This document shows, piece by piece, positions 48,307 to 59,933 of a stretch of 64,000 nucleotides of DNA. This DNA comes from an uncultured Gemmatimonadales bacterium. GTDB lineage: Bacteria; Gemmatimonadota; Gemmatimonadetes; Gemmatimonadales; GWC2-71-9. The notes beneath the pieces were generated by a model. It had not been told where the DNA came from and did not search any database. It was given only the letters and a program-made list of their open reading frames with translations. Where the stretch lies: assembly GCA_963842945.1 (NCBI GenBank), contig CAWJIM010000023.1, positions 416,001 through 480,000 of the forward strand, in the 5' to 3' direction. Numbering within the stretch: position 1 is the first letter of the stretch; each line of letters opens with the position of its first letter. Made by a program: the position numbers and the translations under genes.

Positions 48307-49342
48307 GCAGCTCCAGACCTCCGATTTCGATTACCACCTTCCGACCGAGCTGATCGCCCAGAAACCATCGTCCGACCGGGGGGGAAGTCGGCTTCTGGTC
48401 GTCCGACGTGCGGCCGGCAACCAGGCTGCGCTCGAGGACGCCCGGTTTGCCGACCTTCCCCGTCTTCTCTCCCCCGGCGATCTGCTGGTGCTCAATACCA
48501 CCCGGGTGCGGCATGCTCGGCTGCTGGGCACGCGTCGGTCCGGCGCGCCCGCGGAAATTCTGCTGATTCATCCGGGACCGGCAGATACCTGGATCGCGAT
48601 GGGAAAACCGGGGGCTGCGCTGCGGCCAGGCAAACGGGTGCAACTCGGAGAGGACGCAGCGGTGGAGACGGTGGAGGTACTCGGCGATGGAAACCGGCTG
48701 GTGCGGTTCGTGGGGCTGTCTGCGGATGAAGCCATGGCGCGTTACGGCCGGTTGCCGCTCCCGCCATATATCCAGCGCGCTCCAGATCAGGAAGATGAAG
48801 TCCGCTATCAGACGGTCTACGCCCAGGCGGAAGGAAGTGTTGCCGCTCCCACGGCCGGACTCCATTTCACACCCTCTCTGCTTCAGAGTCTCCGCTCGGC
48901 CGGCGTTCTGATCGAAGGCCTGGACCTGCAGGTTGGGCCCGGCACCTTCAAGCCGGTGGAGGTGGAAGACCCCGAGCAGCACGAGATGCACCCGGAGCGC
49001 TACGAGATCGGCGCCAGGCTCGCCGATTGTGTCGCGCGGGTGCGCGCGCAGGGTGGCCGAGTCTGGGCGGTCGGTACCACCGTCGTTCGTGCCCTCGAGA
49101 GCGCGGCGCTGTCCGACGATACGCTGCGGGCCGGCAGCGCCGAAACGAGGCTCATGATCCTGCCGGGCTATACCTTTCGCGTGGTCGACCGGCTGCTCAC
49201 CAACTTTCATCTGCCTCGATCAACCTTGCTGATGTTGGTGTCCGCGTTTGCCGGTCGCGAGCGCACCCTTGCGGCATATCGCCATGCTGTGGCGCAGCGG
49301 TACCGCTTCTATTCGTATGGCGACGCGATGGTGATCATCTGA
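48296..49342 (+). CDS. queA: S-adenosylmethionine:tRNA ribosyltransferase-isomerase
   Basis: [50 protein letters not shown]. Confidence 0.97.
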   Translation: MTAEQLQTSDFDYHLPTELIAQKPSSDRGGSRLLVVRRAAGNQAALEDARFADLPRLLSPGDLLVLNTTRVRHARLLGTRRSGAPAEILLIHPGPADTWIAMGKPGAALRPGKRVQLGEDAAVETVEVLGDGNRLVRFVGLSADEAMARYGRLPLPPYIQRAPDQEDEVRYQTVYAQAEGSVAAPTAGLHFTPSLLQSLRSAGVLIEGLDLQVGPGTFKPVEVEDPEQHEMHPERYEIGARLADCVARVRAQGGRVWAVGTTVVRALESAALSDDTLRAGSAETRLMILPGYTFRVVDRLLTNFHLPRSTLLMLVSAFAGRERTLAAYRHAVAQRYRFYSYGDAMVII

Positions 49343-49355
49343 TGCGGAGCCCTCG

Positions 49356-51108
<1,753 letters not shown>

Positions 51109-51109
<1 letters not shown>

Positions 51110-51435
51110 TGTTACAGACCGGGTCCGGCAGCGGACTTTCCGTCCTCGTCCTTCAGATGGCAGCTATCGGTCTGGTGTTCTACTTCCTGATCCTGCGTCC
51201 GTCGGGACAGGCCCGAAAGCGCCACGCCGAGCTGCTGACCAAGCTCAAGAAGGGCGACGAGGTAATGACCAGCGGAGGGATCATTGGCCGGGTTCGGGAG
51301 ATCAAGGAGATCGAGGCGGACGGCCTCAAGGAAGTGCGGGTGACGGTCGAGAGCGGCACCGCAACCGTTGTGGTGGAGCGGTCGCGCATCGTCCGGGTGG
51401 GCAACAGCGCGGCTGCCGCAGGGCCGGCCGCGTGA
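51109..51435 (+). CDS. yajC: Preprotein translocase subunit
   Basis: FYFLILRP, LKKGDEVMTSGGIIG; follows tgt. Confidence 0.93.
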
Positions 51436-51968
51436 GTCTGCGGCAACTGCACCTCCTCGGCTCACCGGTGCTGCGGCAGCATAGCGAGATCGTGCCGTCG
51501 ATAGATGAGGACGTACGCCGCCTTATTGCCGATATGTTCGAGACCATGGATGCCGCCAAGGGCATCGGACTGGCGGCCAATCAGGTCGGTGTCGCCCGCC
51601 GAGTGGCGGTGGTGGACGTAGACGATGATCGGTTCGTCATGGTGAATCCCCGCATTGTGGAGACCGAGGGGCGGGCATCCGCCGAGGAGGGCTGCCTCTC
51701 GATTCCGGAGATTTATGGCGATGTCACCCGGCCGGACCGGGTGGTGGTCGAGGCGCTGGACGACGAGGGACGGCCCTACCGGAAGGAAGCCACCGGGCTG
51801 AAGGCCCGAGCCATTCAGCATGAGATCGACCATCTGGATGGGATCCTCTTTCTCGACCACCTGAGTTTGGTGAGGCGGCAAATGCTGCTCGCCAAGTGGC
51901 GACGCGAGCACAAGGACGACGCGGGATTCACGAAGGAGGTCACCGGAGCGTCTCTCCGGTCGGAGTGA
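51432..51968 (+). CDS. def: Peptide deformylase
   Basis: GIGLAANQVG, EGCLS, QHEIDHLDG. Confidence 0.97.
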   Translation: MSLRQLHLLGSPVLRQHSEIVPSIDEDVRRLIADMFETMDAAKGIGLAANQVGVARRVAVVDVDDDRFVMVNPRIVETEGRASAEEGCLSIPEIYGDVTRPDRVVVEALDDEGRPYRKEATGLKARAIQHEIDHLDGILFLDHLSLVRRQMLLAKWRREHKDDAGFTKEVTGASLRSE

Positions 51969-52891
51969 TGCGGATCGTCTTCTTTGGGACGCCGGAGTTT
52001 GCCCTGGCATCCCTCCGGGCGCTGCTCCAGAGCCGCTTCGAGGTCGCCGGTGTGGTCACCCAACCTGACAAGCCCCAGGGACGCTCCCGTTCTGAGCTCG
52101 TACCCCCTCCCGTGAAAGTTGTAGCACAATCCGAAGGCCTTCCCGTGCTGCAACCGGTTCGGCCGACGGGCGATGTTTTTACCGCCAGTCTTCGCCGGCT
52201 GGAGCCTGAGCTCGGCGTCGTGGTCGCGTATGGTCATATCCTCCGACCCGAGATCCTGGCCCTACCGCCGCGAGGGATGATCAACGTGCACGCCTCGCTG
52301 CTGCCTCGGTTCCGAGGAGCAGCTCCGGTGCAGCACGCCATCTTGAAAGGGGAGACCGAGACCGGGGTCAGTATCATGCAAATGGAGGCAGGCCTCGACA
52401 GTGGTCCCGTCCTGCACCACGTCGGCGCTGCGATTGAACCCGGTGAGACCGCGGGCTCGCTTTCCGTCCGCTTGGCCGACCTCGGAGCCACGGCGCTGAT
52501 CGAAGCCTTGTCCCTGATGTCCGCTGGCCTTGCCCGTCCACAGCCACAGGATCCCACCCGCGCGACGTTCGCGCCGAAAATTGACCGGGACATGGCCCGG
52601 CTCTCCTGGGCCATGGACGCGACGACGCTGGTGCGCCAGATTCGCGCCTTCGACCCGGCACCCGGAGCTTGGACATCGCTGAATGGGTGCTCCCTCAAGT
52701 TGTTTGGCGCGCGCGAGGGGCCAGGAACCGGAGAGCCTGGAACCGTTCTCGCAGCGGGAGAACGGCTCGTGGTTGCGGCCGGACGGGGAGCCGTGGCGGT
52801 GCAGGAGGTTCAGCCTGCTGGGCGGGGCCGGCTTGCAGTGGATGCCTGGGTCCGGGGCCGTGGAGTGTCACCGGGCCAGCGTCTCGAATGA
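51968..52891 (+). CDS. fmt: Methionyl-tRNA formyltransferase
   Basis: FFGTPEFA, VTQPDKP.GR, NVHASLLPRFRGAAP, GLDSG. Confidence 0.97.
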   Translation: MRIVFFGTPEFALASLRALLQSRFEVAGVVTQPDKPQGRSRSELVPPPVKVVAQSEGLPVLQPVRPTGDVFTASLRRLEPELGVVVAYGHILRPEILALPPRGMINVHASLLPRFRGAAPVQHAILKGETETGVSIMQMEAGLDSGPVLHHVGAAIEPGETAGSLSVRLADLGATALIEALSLMSAGLARPQPQDPTRATFAPKIDRDMARLSWAMDATTLVRQIRAFDPAPGAWTSLNGCSLKLFGAREGPGTGEPGTVLAAGERLVVAAGRGAVAVQEVQPAGRGRLAVDAWVRGRGVSPGQRLE

Positions 52892-53512
52892 GACCATTGC
52901 CGCGGGTGCATGCCTACACTAACGCCGAGTTGCTGTCCCACCCCGATTTGGGCATCCGGGCGGCGGCCATCGCAGCCGGCGGATCGGCTGTGGCCTTGCA
53001 CGCCCGGGCCAGGGGTGAGAGTGCGGCCTTTCTCATTGCGGCTGCGCGCCGGCTGCTGGCGCTGTCGCGGCCCCCGAAGCGGCCGTGCTGATAAGCGGAA
53101 GACCCGATATCGCCGCCGGGGTGGGCGCCCAAGGCGTGCAGCTGGGGCGCGATGATATCAGCCCTGCCGATGCTCGCCGGGTACTGACGCAAGGCTGGAT
53201 CGGACGTTCGGTTCACAGCAGGGAGGAGGCCGCTATCGCGGTTGGGGAAGGCGCAGATTTCCTCGTGCTCGGGAGCATCTATCCCACTACCTCCCATCCT
53301 GGCGGAGCCGGGCGCGGGGCCGGATCTGGTGCGCCAGGTCATCGAGTCTGGAAGTGCCGGTCATCGCCATCGGAGGCATCACGCCCGAGCGGGCCTGGGA
53401 GGTGCATTCCGCCGGGGCCTATGGTGTCGCCGCCATCACTGCCCTGTGGAATGCTTCAGATCCAGCCGCGGCGACACTCGCTCTGCTGGAACCCTGGGTC
53501 AACCAGCCATGA
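52888..53512 (+). CDS. thiE: Thiamine-phosphate synthase, about three frameshifts
   Basis: GVQLG, IGRSVHS, GADF..GSIYPTTSHP, PVIAIGGIT, GVAAI in successive frames; upstream of thiS-thiG. Confidence 0.8.
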
Positions 53513-53718
53513 ACGAAATGGACATCATCCTCAACGGTGAACCGCGCCGGGTGCCGAGGCCCTCCAGCTTGGCCGACCTGCTGCAGCACCTCGATCTGGA
53601 CCCTCGTACGGTGGTGGTCGAGCTCAACCGCTCCATCGTTCGTCGAGCCAATTTGACTGCCACGCCGCTTGCCCCGGGAGACAGCGTCGAGCTGGTGCAC
53701 TTCGTCGGCGGGGGGTGA
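53509..53718 (+). CDS. thiS: Sulfur carrier protein
   Basis: [13 protein letters not shown], ends VHFVGGG. Confidence 0.95.
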   Translation: MNEMDIILNGEPRRVPRPSSLADLLQHLDLDPRTVVVELNRSIVRRANLTATPLAPGDSVELVHFVGGG

Positions 53719-53770
53719 CGCGCCCCCCGGTTATCTTTCGGGTATCGCCGCGCAACCAAGGACGCCTCAG

Positions 53771-54574
53771 ATGACCAGTACGATCTCCGCCCCATCCGCC
53801 ACCGACCTTCCTCTCACCATTGGCGGACGCACCTTCCGATCTCGCTTGATGGTGGGCACCGGCAAGTACCGGGACAATCGGGTGATGGCCCGCGCCATCG
53901 AAGCCTCGGGCGCCGAAATCGTCACCGTGGCGGTGCGCCGGGTAGACCTCGACCGCACCAAAGAAGAAGGGATGCTCTACCACCTCTCCAGCGAGGAATA
54001 CTTCCTCCTGGCCAACACTGCCGGCTGCTACTCGGCCGACGAGGCAGTGCGTTACGCCCGGCTGGCCCGGGAAGCCGGATTCAACGAGTTCATCAAGCTC
54101 GAGGTCATCGGCGACCGGGAGACCCTGCTTCCCGACACCGAGGGGTTGCTCAGCGCCGCCAGCACACTGGTCAAGGAAGGTTTTGCGGTGCTGGCCTACA
54201 CCAATGACGACCTGATTACGGCGCTGCGGCTGGAAGATGCCGGCTGTGCCGCGGTCATGCCGCTGGCCTCTCCCATCGGGAGTGGTCTCGGTCTGCTGAA
54301 TCCGTACGGCATCAGGACCATCAAGCGGCGGCTCTCAGTGCCGGTGATCGTCGATGCCGGCGTCGGGACCGCATCAGATGCGTGCCTGACCATGGAGCAA
54401 GGAGTGGACGGCATTCTGATGAACACGGCGTTGGCCGAGGCGGAGGACCCCGTCTCCATGGCCACCGCAATGCGTTATGCTGTCGAAGCCGGCCGTTTGG
54501 CCTTTCTCGCCGGGCGCATGCCTCGCCGGGAGATCGCGATGCCCTCGAGTCCCACTCGCGGAATGCTGGAGTAG
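53771..54574 (+). CDS. thiG: Thiazole synthase
   Basis: [42 protein letters not shown]. Confidence 0.97.
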   Translation: MTSTISAPSATDLPLTIGGRTFRSRLMVGTGKYRDNRVMARAIEASGAEIVTVAVRRVDLDRTKEEGMLYHLSSEEYFLLANTAGCYSADEAVRYARLAREAGFNEFIKLEVIGDRETLLPDTEGLLSAASTLVKEGFAVLAYTNDDLITALRLEDAGCAAVMPLASPIGSGLGLLNPYGIRTIKRRLSVPVIVDAGVGTASDACLTMEQGVDGILMNTALAEAEDPVSMATAMRYAVEAGRLAFLAGRMPRREIAMPSSPTRGMLE

Positions 54575-54600
54575 CTCGGCTGTCTCCCGTGGTGAATGCA

Positions 54601-55905
54601 ATGGGTGAGTCGGCCGGCATCCGGCCGCGGCGGGCAGCACTGGAAATTCTGGAGCACGTCCGTGACGGGCTCACGTTCGAAGCCGCCTTGAGTGACGGGA
54701 TAGATACGCTGACCGAGCCCGATCGCCGGCTGGCCCACGAGCTGGCAGCGGGGGTACTCCGGCAGCGAAGCTCGCTCGACGCCCGGCTGGCCGCGTTGGT
54801 GAATCGGGACTGGAGTCATGTCACTGCCGAGCTGCAGGACATCCTCCGCCTGGGGGCCTATCAGATCACGTCCCTCGAGCGGGTGCCGGCCCACGCTGCG
54901 GTGGACACGAGTGTCGAGCTGGCCAAACAGAGTGGCGGAGCCCGCGCCGCCGGCTTTGTCAACGCGGTGCTGCGCCGGCTCACCCGCTCGGGCCCAGAGA
55001 TTCTCCCAGTGCCCCGGGACCCCGCCGAGCGGCTGGCGGGCGAATATTCCCACCCCCTTTGGCTGGTCCGGAAGTGGGTGAACGCCTTCGGAATGGAGCA
55101 GGCCGAAGCACTGCTCCGATGGAACAATTCTCGTCCGCGGCTGGTGGCCCAGCCTGGGCGACAATCTCTGGCAGAGCTGGCAGAAGCCTGGAACACCGCG
55201 GGACTGGAATTCGAGCCTGCTCCGTACGACGCGGGTCTCGTCGTCACCCGGAGCCGTCCAGCCGAGCTGCCGGGATATCGTGAGGGCAACTTCGTCATCC
55301 AGGATCCGGCTCAGGCTTTGCTGGTGCAATTCGTGGATCCACCACCGGGTGCCACCGTATACGATGCTTGCGCCGCTCCGGGCGGAAAGACCATTGCATT
55401 GGGCCGTCGGGCTGCCCGCGTAGTTTCGGGAGACATCAATCCCCTGCGGGTTCGCCGGCTCAGGGACAACGTGCGGCGAGCCGGCACCGGCCGTGAGCAC
55501 GTCATCGTCGCGGACGCTCGGCAACCGCCGGTACGACCCCTGGACATCGTTTTGCTTGACGCCCCTTGCCTGGGAACCGGCACCGTAGCCCGCCATCCCG
55601 ATGCGAGGTGGCGAATATCGCCGAAGGCGCTGAAACACGTCGTCGAGCTTCAAGCCGAGCTCCTCGACAGCGCGGCGGCCACAGTGAGTCCCGGCGGGTT
55701 GCTGATATACTCGACCTGCTCAGTCGAGCGGGAGGAGAATCTGGAGCAGGTGGAGCAGTTTCTGAGAGGGCATCGGGATTTTCGCCGGGAGGCAGCGCGG
55801 GACTTCCCACCCGAGCTGCTGTCGCCCGAGGGCGATCTGCTGATTCTGCCGCAGCTTCACGGCATGGACGGGGCGTATGCAGCCCGTCTTCGTCGATCAG
55901 GATGA
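54601..55905 (+). CDS. rsmB: 16S rRNA m5C967 methyltransferase with NusB-like N-domain
   Basis: LRLGAYQ, GFVNAVLR, YSHP.W, QD, DACAAPGGKT, DAPCLGTG, YSTCS. Confidence 0.93.
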   Translation: MGESAGIRPRRAALEILEHVRDGLTFEAALSDGIDTLTEPDRRLAHELAAGVLRQRSSLDARLAALVNRDWSHVTAELQDILRLGAYQITSLERVPAHAAVDTSVELAKQSGGARAAGFVNAVLRRLTRSGPEILPVPRDPAERLAGEYSHPLWLVRKWVNAFGMEQAEALLRWNNSRPRLVAQPGRQSLAELAEAWNTAGLEFEPAPYDAGLVVTRSRPAELPGYREGNFVIQDPAQALLVQFVDPPPGATVYDACAAPGGKTIALGRRAARVVSGDINPLRVRRLRDNVRRAGTGREHVIVADARQPPVRPLDIVLLDAPCLGTGTVARHPDARWRISPKALKHVVELQAELLDSAAATVSPGGLLIYSTCSVEREENLEQVEQFLRGHRDFRREAARDFPPELLSPEGDLLILPQLHGMDGAYAARLRRSG

Positions 55906-56477
55906 GAGCCCGCCGCCACGTTACGTCAGGGGTCCCGCTATTTAAGTCCGCTCCCTGGCGCGGGTTTCTCCGAGATATAGGGCTGATCCTGGCTACCTTC
56001 ATCGTTGGCTATGGCATTTCTGCCTTCTGGCTTACGCCCGGATCGGTGTTCAGCAAAAATCACTCATTGCCGCGGGTGCTGGAGATGCCGGAGACCAAGG
56101 CCCGTCAAAAGCTGACCGAGCTCGGCTTCCGGCCCCGGATCGAAGGAGAGCGTCCGAGCGATGCGTTTCCATCGGGCACCGTGATCTGGCAGGATCCTCC
56201 TCCCGCCACAGTGTTGGAGCCCAATACGGTGATCCAGCTAGTGGTGAGCACCGGCCCCACCCTGGTGGCCGTACCCGATGTGATTGGACTCAATGTGCCG
56301 CAAGCTAGCAAAATCCTGACGGCGGCTGGTGTGCGGGTGGGAGCCGTGGATTCGACGGCCGGTGGGCGGGAGGCGGGAGTGGTTCTCGCCACCCGGCCGG
56401 CTGCAGGGATCGGCCGGCCTCGGAATACTGCGGTTGCTCTGGTGGTCAGTCGCGGCGACGAAGCGGTCTCGCCATGA
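55902..56477 (+). CDS. Membrane-anchored PASTA-domain protein (two PASTA, no kinase)
   Basis: One TM; LPRVL...GTVIWQDP; VPDVIG...VVS.G repeats. Confidence 0.85.
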   Translation: MRARRHVTSGVPLFKSAPWRGFLRDIGLILATFIVGYGISAFWLTPGSVFSKNHSLPRVLEMPETKARQKLTELGFRPRIEGERPSDAFPSGTVIWQDPPPATVLEPNTVIQLVVSTGPTLVAVPDVIGLNVPQASKILTAAGVRVGAVDSTAGGREAGVVLATRPAAGIGRPRNTAVALVVSRGDEAVSP

Positions 56478-57139
56478 GCGTCATCATCGCCCCCAGCATC
56501 TTGACCGCCGACCTGGGTCGCCTTCGAGAGGAAGTGCAGCAAGTCGTGGCTGGCGGCGCCGAGTGGCTGCACATCGACGTCATGGATGGACACTTCGTTC
56601 CCAACCTGACCTTCGGCGCACCGATCGTGCGTGCCCTCCGCAAGATTACCGACCTGCCGCTCGATGTGCATCTCATGGTTGAGCGGCCGGAATATTATCT
56701 GGCTGAATTCGCCCAAGCCGGAGCCACGGTGTTCACCATTCACCCGGAAGCCACGGTCCACGTGCAACGGCATCTGGCCGCCGCCCGGGAGCGCGGGATG
56801 ATGGCAGGGCTGGCTCTCAACCCATCGACGCCGGTGAGCATCGTGGAAGAACTGCAGGACGACATCGATCTGGTTCTGGTCATGTCGGTAAACCCCGGGT
56901 ACGGGGGACAGAGCTACCTGCCGCACTCCACCGAGAAAATCCGGCGGGTGCGCGGTCTGCTGGATCAACGCGGCAGCCGTGCCTTGCTGGAAGTGGACGG
57001 CGGGATCACGTCCGAGACGATTGCGGAGGCGTGGAGCGCTGGAGCCGATACGTTCGTCGCGGGTACGGCCGTGTTCGGGAGCTCCGATCCGGCCCAGGCC
57101 GTACGCGAGCTGAAGCGGCAATGTGCGGTTCGGGTTTAG
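56474..57139 (+). CDS. rpe: Ribulose-phosphate 3-epimerase
   Basis: IAPSIL, HIDVMDGHFVPNLTFG, DVHLM, MSVNPG.GGQ, EVDGG. Confidence 0.97.
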   Translation: MSVIIAPSILTADLGRLREEVQQVVAGGAEWLHIDVMDGHFVPNLTFGAPIVRALRKITDLPLDVHLMVERPEYYLAEFAQAGATVFTIHPEATVHVQRHLAAARERGMMAGLALNPSTPVSIVEELQDDIDLVLVMSVNPGYGGQSYLPHSTEKIRRVRGLLDQRGSRALLEVDGGITSETIAEAWSAGADTFVAGTAVFGSSDPAQAVRELKRQCAVRV

Positions 57140-57143
57140 CTCC

Positions 57144-57683
57144 ATGACTCGCCCCTGGCTGCTGGTGGGTCTGGTCGTGAGTAGTCTGGCCATCGGCGCG
57201 ACCATCCTGACGAGATACGGTCCTAACATGGAGCAGGTTGCGGTGGGGGCCAGGGCGCCAGACTTTCGCGCCGTAGACCTCGCCACCGGCGATTCGGTCA
57301 GTCTCCGAAGCCGTTACCGGGGAGCAGTCACCCTGGTCAACGTGTGGGCCACCTGGTGTGAGCCCTGCAGGATCGAGATGCCCGCCATGGAGCGGCTGTA
57401 CAGTTCACTCGCTCCTCATGGATTCAGGATTGCCGCCGTGAGCGTCGACGAGGGGCCACCCGAGGATGTCCGGGCCTTTGGCCAGGACCTTGGCCTAACC
57501 TTCGACCTGCTCCAGGATCGGAGCACCAAGGTGCAGCAGATCTATCAGACCACGGGGGTTCCGGAGAGCTTTCTGCTCAATCGGGACGGCGTGATTGTGA
57601 AGCGCGTGATCGGCGCCCACGATTGGAACTCGCCGGTGAATCGCACGCTGATCACGCGACTCCTCGACGAGACTGGGCAATAG
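57144..57683 (+). CDS. TlpA/ResA-like thiol-disulfide oxidoreductase
   Basis: N-terminal TM, APDF, NVWATWCEPCRIEMP, GVPESF. Confidence 0.9.
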   Translation: MTRPWLLVGLVVSSLAIGATILTRYGPNMEQVAVGARAPDFRAVDLATGDSVSLRSRYRGAVTLVNVWATWCEPCRIEMPAMERLYSSLAPHGFRIAAVSVDEGPPEDVRAFGQDLGLTFDLLQDRSTKVQQIYQTTGVPESFLLNRDGVIVKRVIGAHDWNSPVNRTLITRLLDETGQ

Positions 57684-57684
57684 A

Positions 57685-58758
57685 ATGGCCCAGCTGGTAC
57701 TCGGCATCGAGACCTCCTGCGACGAGACCTCCGCTTCGGTGGTCCGTTGGGAGAACGGTGTTTCCTCCCTGGCTTCCCTGATCATCCTCTCTCAAGATGT
57801 CCATCGCATCTTCGGCGGGGTCGTTCCCGAGCTGGCCAGCCGCGCGCACGTGCAGGCCATCGGATCCGTGGTCGAGCAGGCGCTGAGAGAAGCCGGTCTT
57901 GGCTTTCCGGACCTGGATGGCATCGCCGTAACCGCCGGTCCCGGATTGGTGGGGGCTCTCCTGGTCGGAGTGATGTACGGCAAGACGCTGGCATTCAGTG
58001 TCGATCGCCCGCTGATCGGGGTCAATCACCTGGAGGGACACCTCTTCGCGCCCACCCTGGAAGATCCGGAGTTCGAGCCTCCATTTATCGGACTGTTGGT
58101 GAGTGGCGGCCATACCATGCTGCTCGACGTTCCCCAGTGGGGAGAATACCGCCTGCTGGGACAGACTCTCGACGATGCCGCGGGTGAGGCATTCGACAAA
58201 GTGGCCAACCTCTTGGGGCTGGGCTATCCGGGAGGAGCAGCGATCGAACGCCTGGCCCGGGAAGGGCAGCCCGGCCGCTTCCGCTTTCCCAGTCCCATGC
58301 TGCAGGAGCTCGATCGCGAGGGCGCTAACCGCTACGCCTTCTCCTTCAGCGGCCTGAAGACGGCAGTGCTCCGGACCGTTCGGGGCGACGCCAGCGGCAA
58401 TCACTCCACTTCCCCACCCAATCCGGCCGATGTCGCACGAGGATTTCAGGATGCTGCCATCCAGGTACTCGTCGCCAAGACGGCGCATGCGGTCGAGGCG
58501 AGTGGGTACGGCCGAGCTATGGTCGGAGGCGGCGTCGCCTGCAATCGCGCTCTGGTAGCCCAACTGCGAGCGCGACTGGCGGGACAAGCCCGGGTCAGCG
58601 TAGCTTCACCGCGGCTCAACACCGACAATGCCGCCATGATCGCCGCTGCGGGAGCCTGGAGGCTTGCCCGGGGCGAGCGGAGCGGCCTCGATCTCGAGCC
58701 TCGGGACGATCTGCCACTCCCTGGCTTGGCCTTCCACTTACCTGGATCCGTCACATGA
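57685..58758 (+). CDS. tsaD: tRNA t6A37 threonylcarbamoyltransferase
   Basis: GIETSCDET, GGVVPELASRAH, NHLEGH, VSGGHT, DDAAGEAFDK, FSFSGLKT, TDNAAMI. Confidence 0.98.
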   Translation: MAQLVLGIETSCDETSASVVRWENGVSSLASLIILSQDVHRIFGGVVPELASRAHVQAIGSVVEQALREAGLGFPDLDGIAVTAGPGLVGALLVGVMYGKTLAFSVDRPLIGVNHLEGHLFAPTLEDPEFEPPFIGLLVSGGHTMLLDVPQWGEYRLLGQTLDDAAGEAFDKVANLLGLGYPGGAAIERLAREGQPGRFRFPSPMLQELDREGANRYAFSFSGLKTAVLRTVRGDASGNHSTSPPNPADVARGFQDAAIQVLVAKTAHAVEASGYGRAMVGGGVACNRALVAQLRARLAGQARVSVASPRLNTDNAAMIAAAGAWRLARGERSGLDLEPRDDLPLPGLAFHLPGSVT

Positions 58759-59606
58759 CCATCCACCCGTTCATCATCCACCTGGGCCCGCTCGAGGTCA
58801 CGGGGTACGGGCTGATGCTGATGGTGGCCTTTCTGATGGGGGGCTGGCTGATCGCCCGCCAGCTTCGAGAGCGTCAACTCCGGGAGGAGTATGCCGCTGA
58901 CATTGTGGCCGCCGCCGTCATCGGGGGAATCATCGGTGCGAAACTCTGGTATGTCGCGCTCACCCGAGACCCCGGCGCCCTGTTCTCCCGGGGTGGACTC
59001 GTATGGTATGGCGGGTTCATCGGCGGAGCTCTCGCGGTGATGCTGAATGGCTGGCGCTTGAAGGTGCCCCTGCGATGGACCATGCAGGTCGCAGCTCCAG
59101 CATTGGCGGCGGCGTACGCGCTCGGCCGGGTAGGGTGTTTTCTGGTGAACGACGACTACGGAAGACCTAGCAATCTCCCCTGGGCGGTGCGCTTCCCCGA
59201 GGGGCTGCCGCCGTCGACTGCCGGAAATCTGCACCAGCTCTTTGGAGTGCCGATTCCGGCGGGCACCGACCCCTCCACGGTCCTGGCCGTCCATCCGACT
59301 CAGCTGTACGAAGTGGCGGCCATGCTGCTGGCCTTTGGCGTCTTGTGGGTCCTGCGGAAGCAGGGCAAGCCGGTCGGCTGGCTTTTCGGCTTATACCTGG
59401 TCTTTGCGGGAGTGGAGCGCTTCCTGGTCGAGATCGTGCGGGCCAAGGACGATCGTTTTCTGGGACCCTTCACCCTGGCTCAGCTGACCAGCGTGATTCT
59501 GGTGGCTATCGGAGGAAGCCTGCTAACGCTTTGGAGAACACGAGAGGGCCCGCTGCCCGGCTTCTATCTGGAAACTGGCAGGAAGCCCCCGCCGTCAAAG
59601 ATCTAG
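58755..59606 (+). CDS. lgt: Prolipoprotein diacylglyceryl transferase
   Basis: YG, GGLVWYGG, GRVGCF, YG, HPTQLYE, RFLVE. Confidence 0.93.
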   Translation: MTIHPFIIHLGPLEVTGYGLMLMVAFLMGGWLIARQLRERQLREEYAADIVAAAVIGGIIGAKLWYVALTRDPGALFSRGGLVWYGGFIGGALAVMLNGWRLKVPLRWTMQVAAPALAAAYALGRVGCFLVNDDYGRPSNLPWAVRFPEGLPPSTAGNLHQLFGVPIPAGTDPSTVLAVHPTQLYEVAAMLLAFGVLWVLRKQGKPVGWLFGLYLVFAGVERFLVEIVRAKDDRFLGPFTLAQLTSVILVAIGGSLLTLWRTREGPLPGFYLETGRKPPPSKI

Positions 59607-59709
59607 TCGCCTGCACAAGCACGTAAGCACAGACAGCTTAGTCCATTCCTCGAATTTCCGTACAGCATCTTTACGACTTTTTGCACTCCAGCACCTTCCC
59701 ATCTTCCCC

Positions 59710-59738
59710 GCTAAGTAACTCAGGCGTCGTTGCTTAGC
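59710..59738. promoter_or_regulatory. Inverted-repeat protein-binding site (IHF/activator-like) upstream of the sigma54 promoter
   Basis: GCTAAGTAAC-N9-GTTGCTTAGC, 9/10 palindromic. Confidence 0.45.
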
Positions 59739-59752
59739 CCAGATGAGCCAAA

Positions 59753-59768
59753 TGGCACTAGCCTTGCT
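59753..59768 (+). promoter_or_regulatory. sigma54 (-24/-12) promoter
   Basis: TGGCACTAGCCTTGCT is an exact match to TGGCAC-N5-TTGCW. Confidence 0.85.
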
Positions 59769-59778
59769 TTACTAATGC

Positions 59779-59920
59779 CCGGGAAGCCCAAGGGCTTCAC
59801 ACGAAAGTGGTAGGTCGAAGAAGGGTGGAGCGGGCACTTCGGCCCGTCTCCGTAAACTCAGGGGGCGATCTACCACTCACTTACGCAAACGGCCCGTCAT
59901 CTGACGGGCCGTTTGCATTT
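59779..59920 (+). ncRNA. Candidate sigma54-dependent small RNA (~140 nt)
   Basis: Lies between a consensus sigma54 promoter and a terminator, with no ORF downstream of the predicted +1; hairpin 59783-59798, 12-bp helix 59806-59817/59866-59877, inner hairpin 59827-59851. Confidence 0.65.
59885..59920. terminator. Intrinsic terminator, possibly bidirectional
   Basis: Perfect 15-bp inverted repeat GCAAACGGCCCGTCA-TC-TGACGGGCCGTTTGC followed by ATTT, between convergent transcripts. Confidence 0.8.
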
Positions 59921-59933
59921 GCTCCGCGAGGCG

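Noticed and set aside
59775..59813. 12-aa ORF MPGKPKGFTRKW in the sRNA region
   Set aside because: Its ATG lies just upstream of the predicted sigma54 +1 (~59779) and has no RBS
59779..59920. tRNA, SRP RNA, 6S RNA or riboswitch identity for the structured RNA
   Set aside because: No cloverleaf or SRP domain IV motif, shorter than typical 6S, and no downstream co-oriented gene; a 6S-like relationship cannot be fully excluded without cmscan
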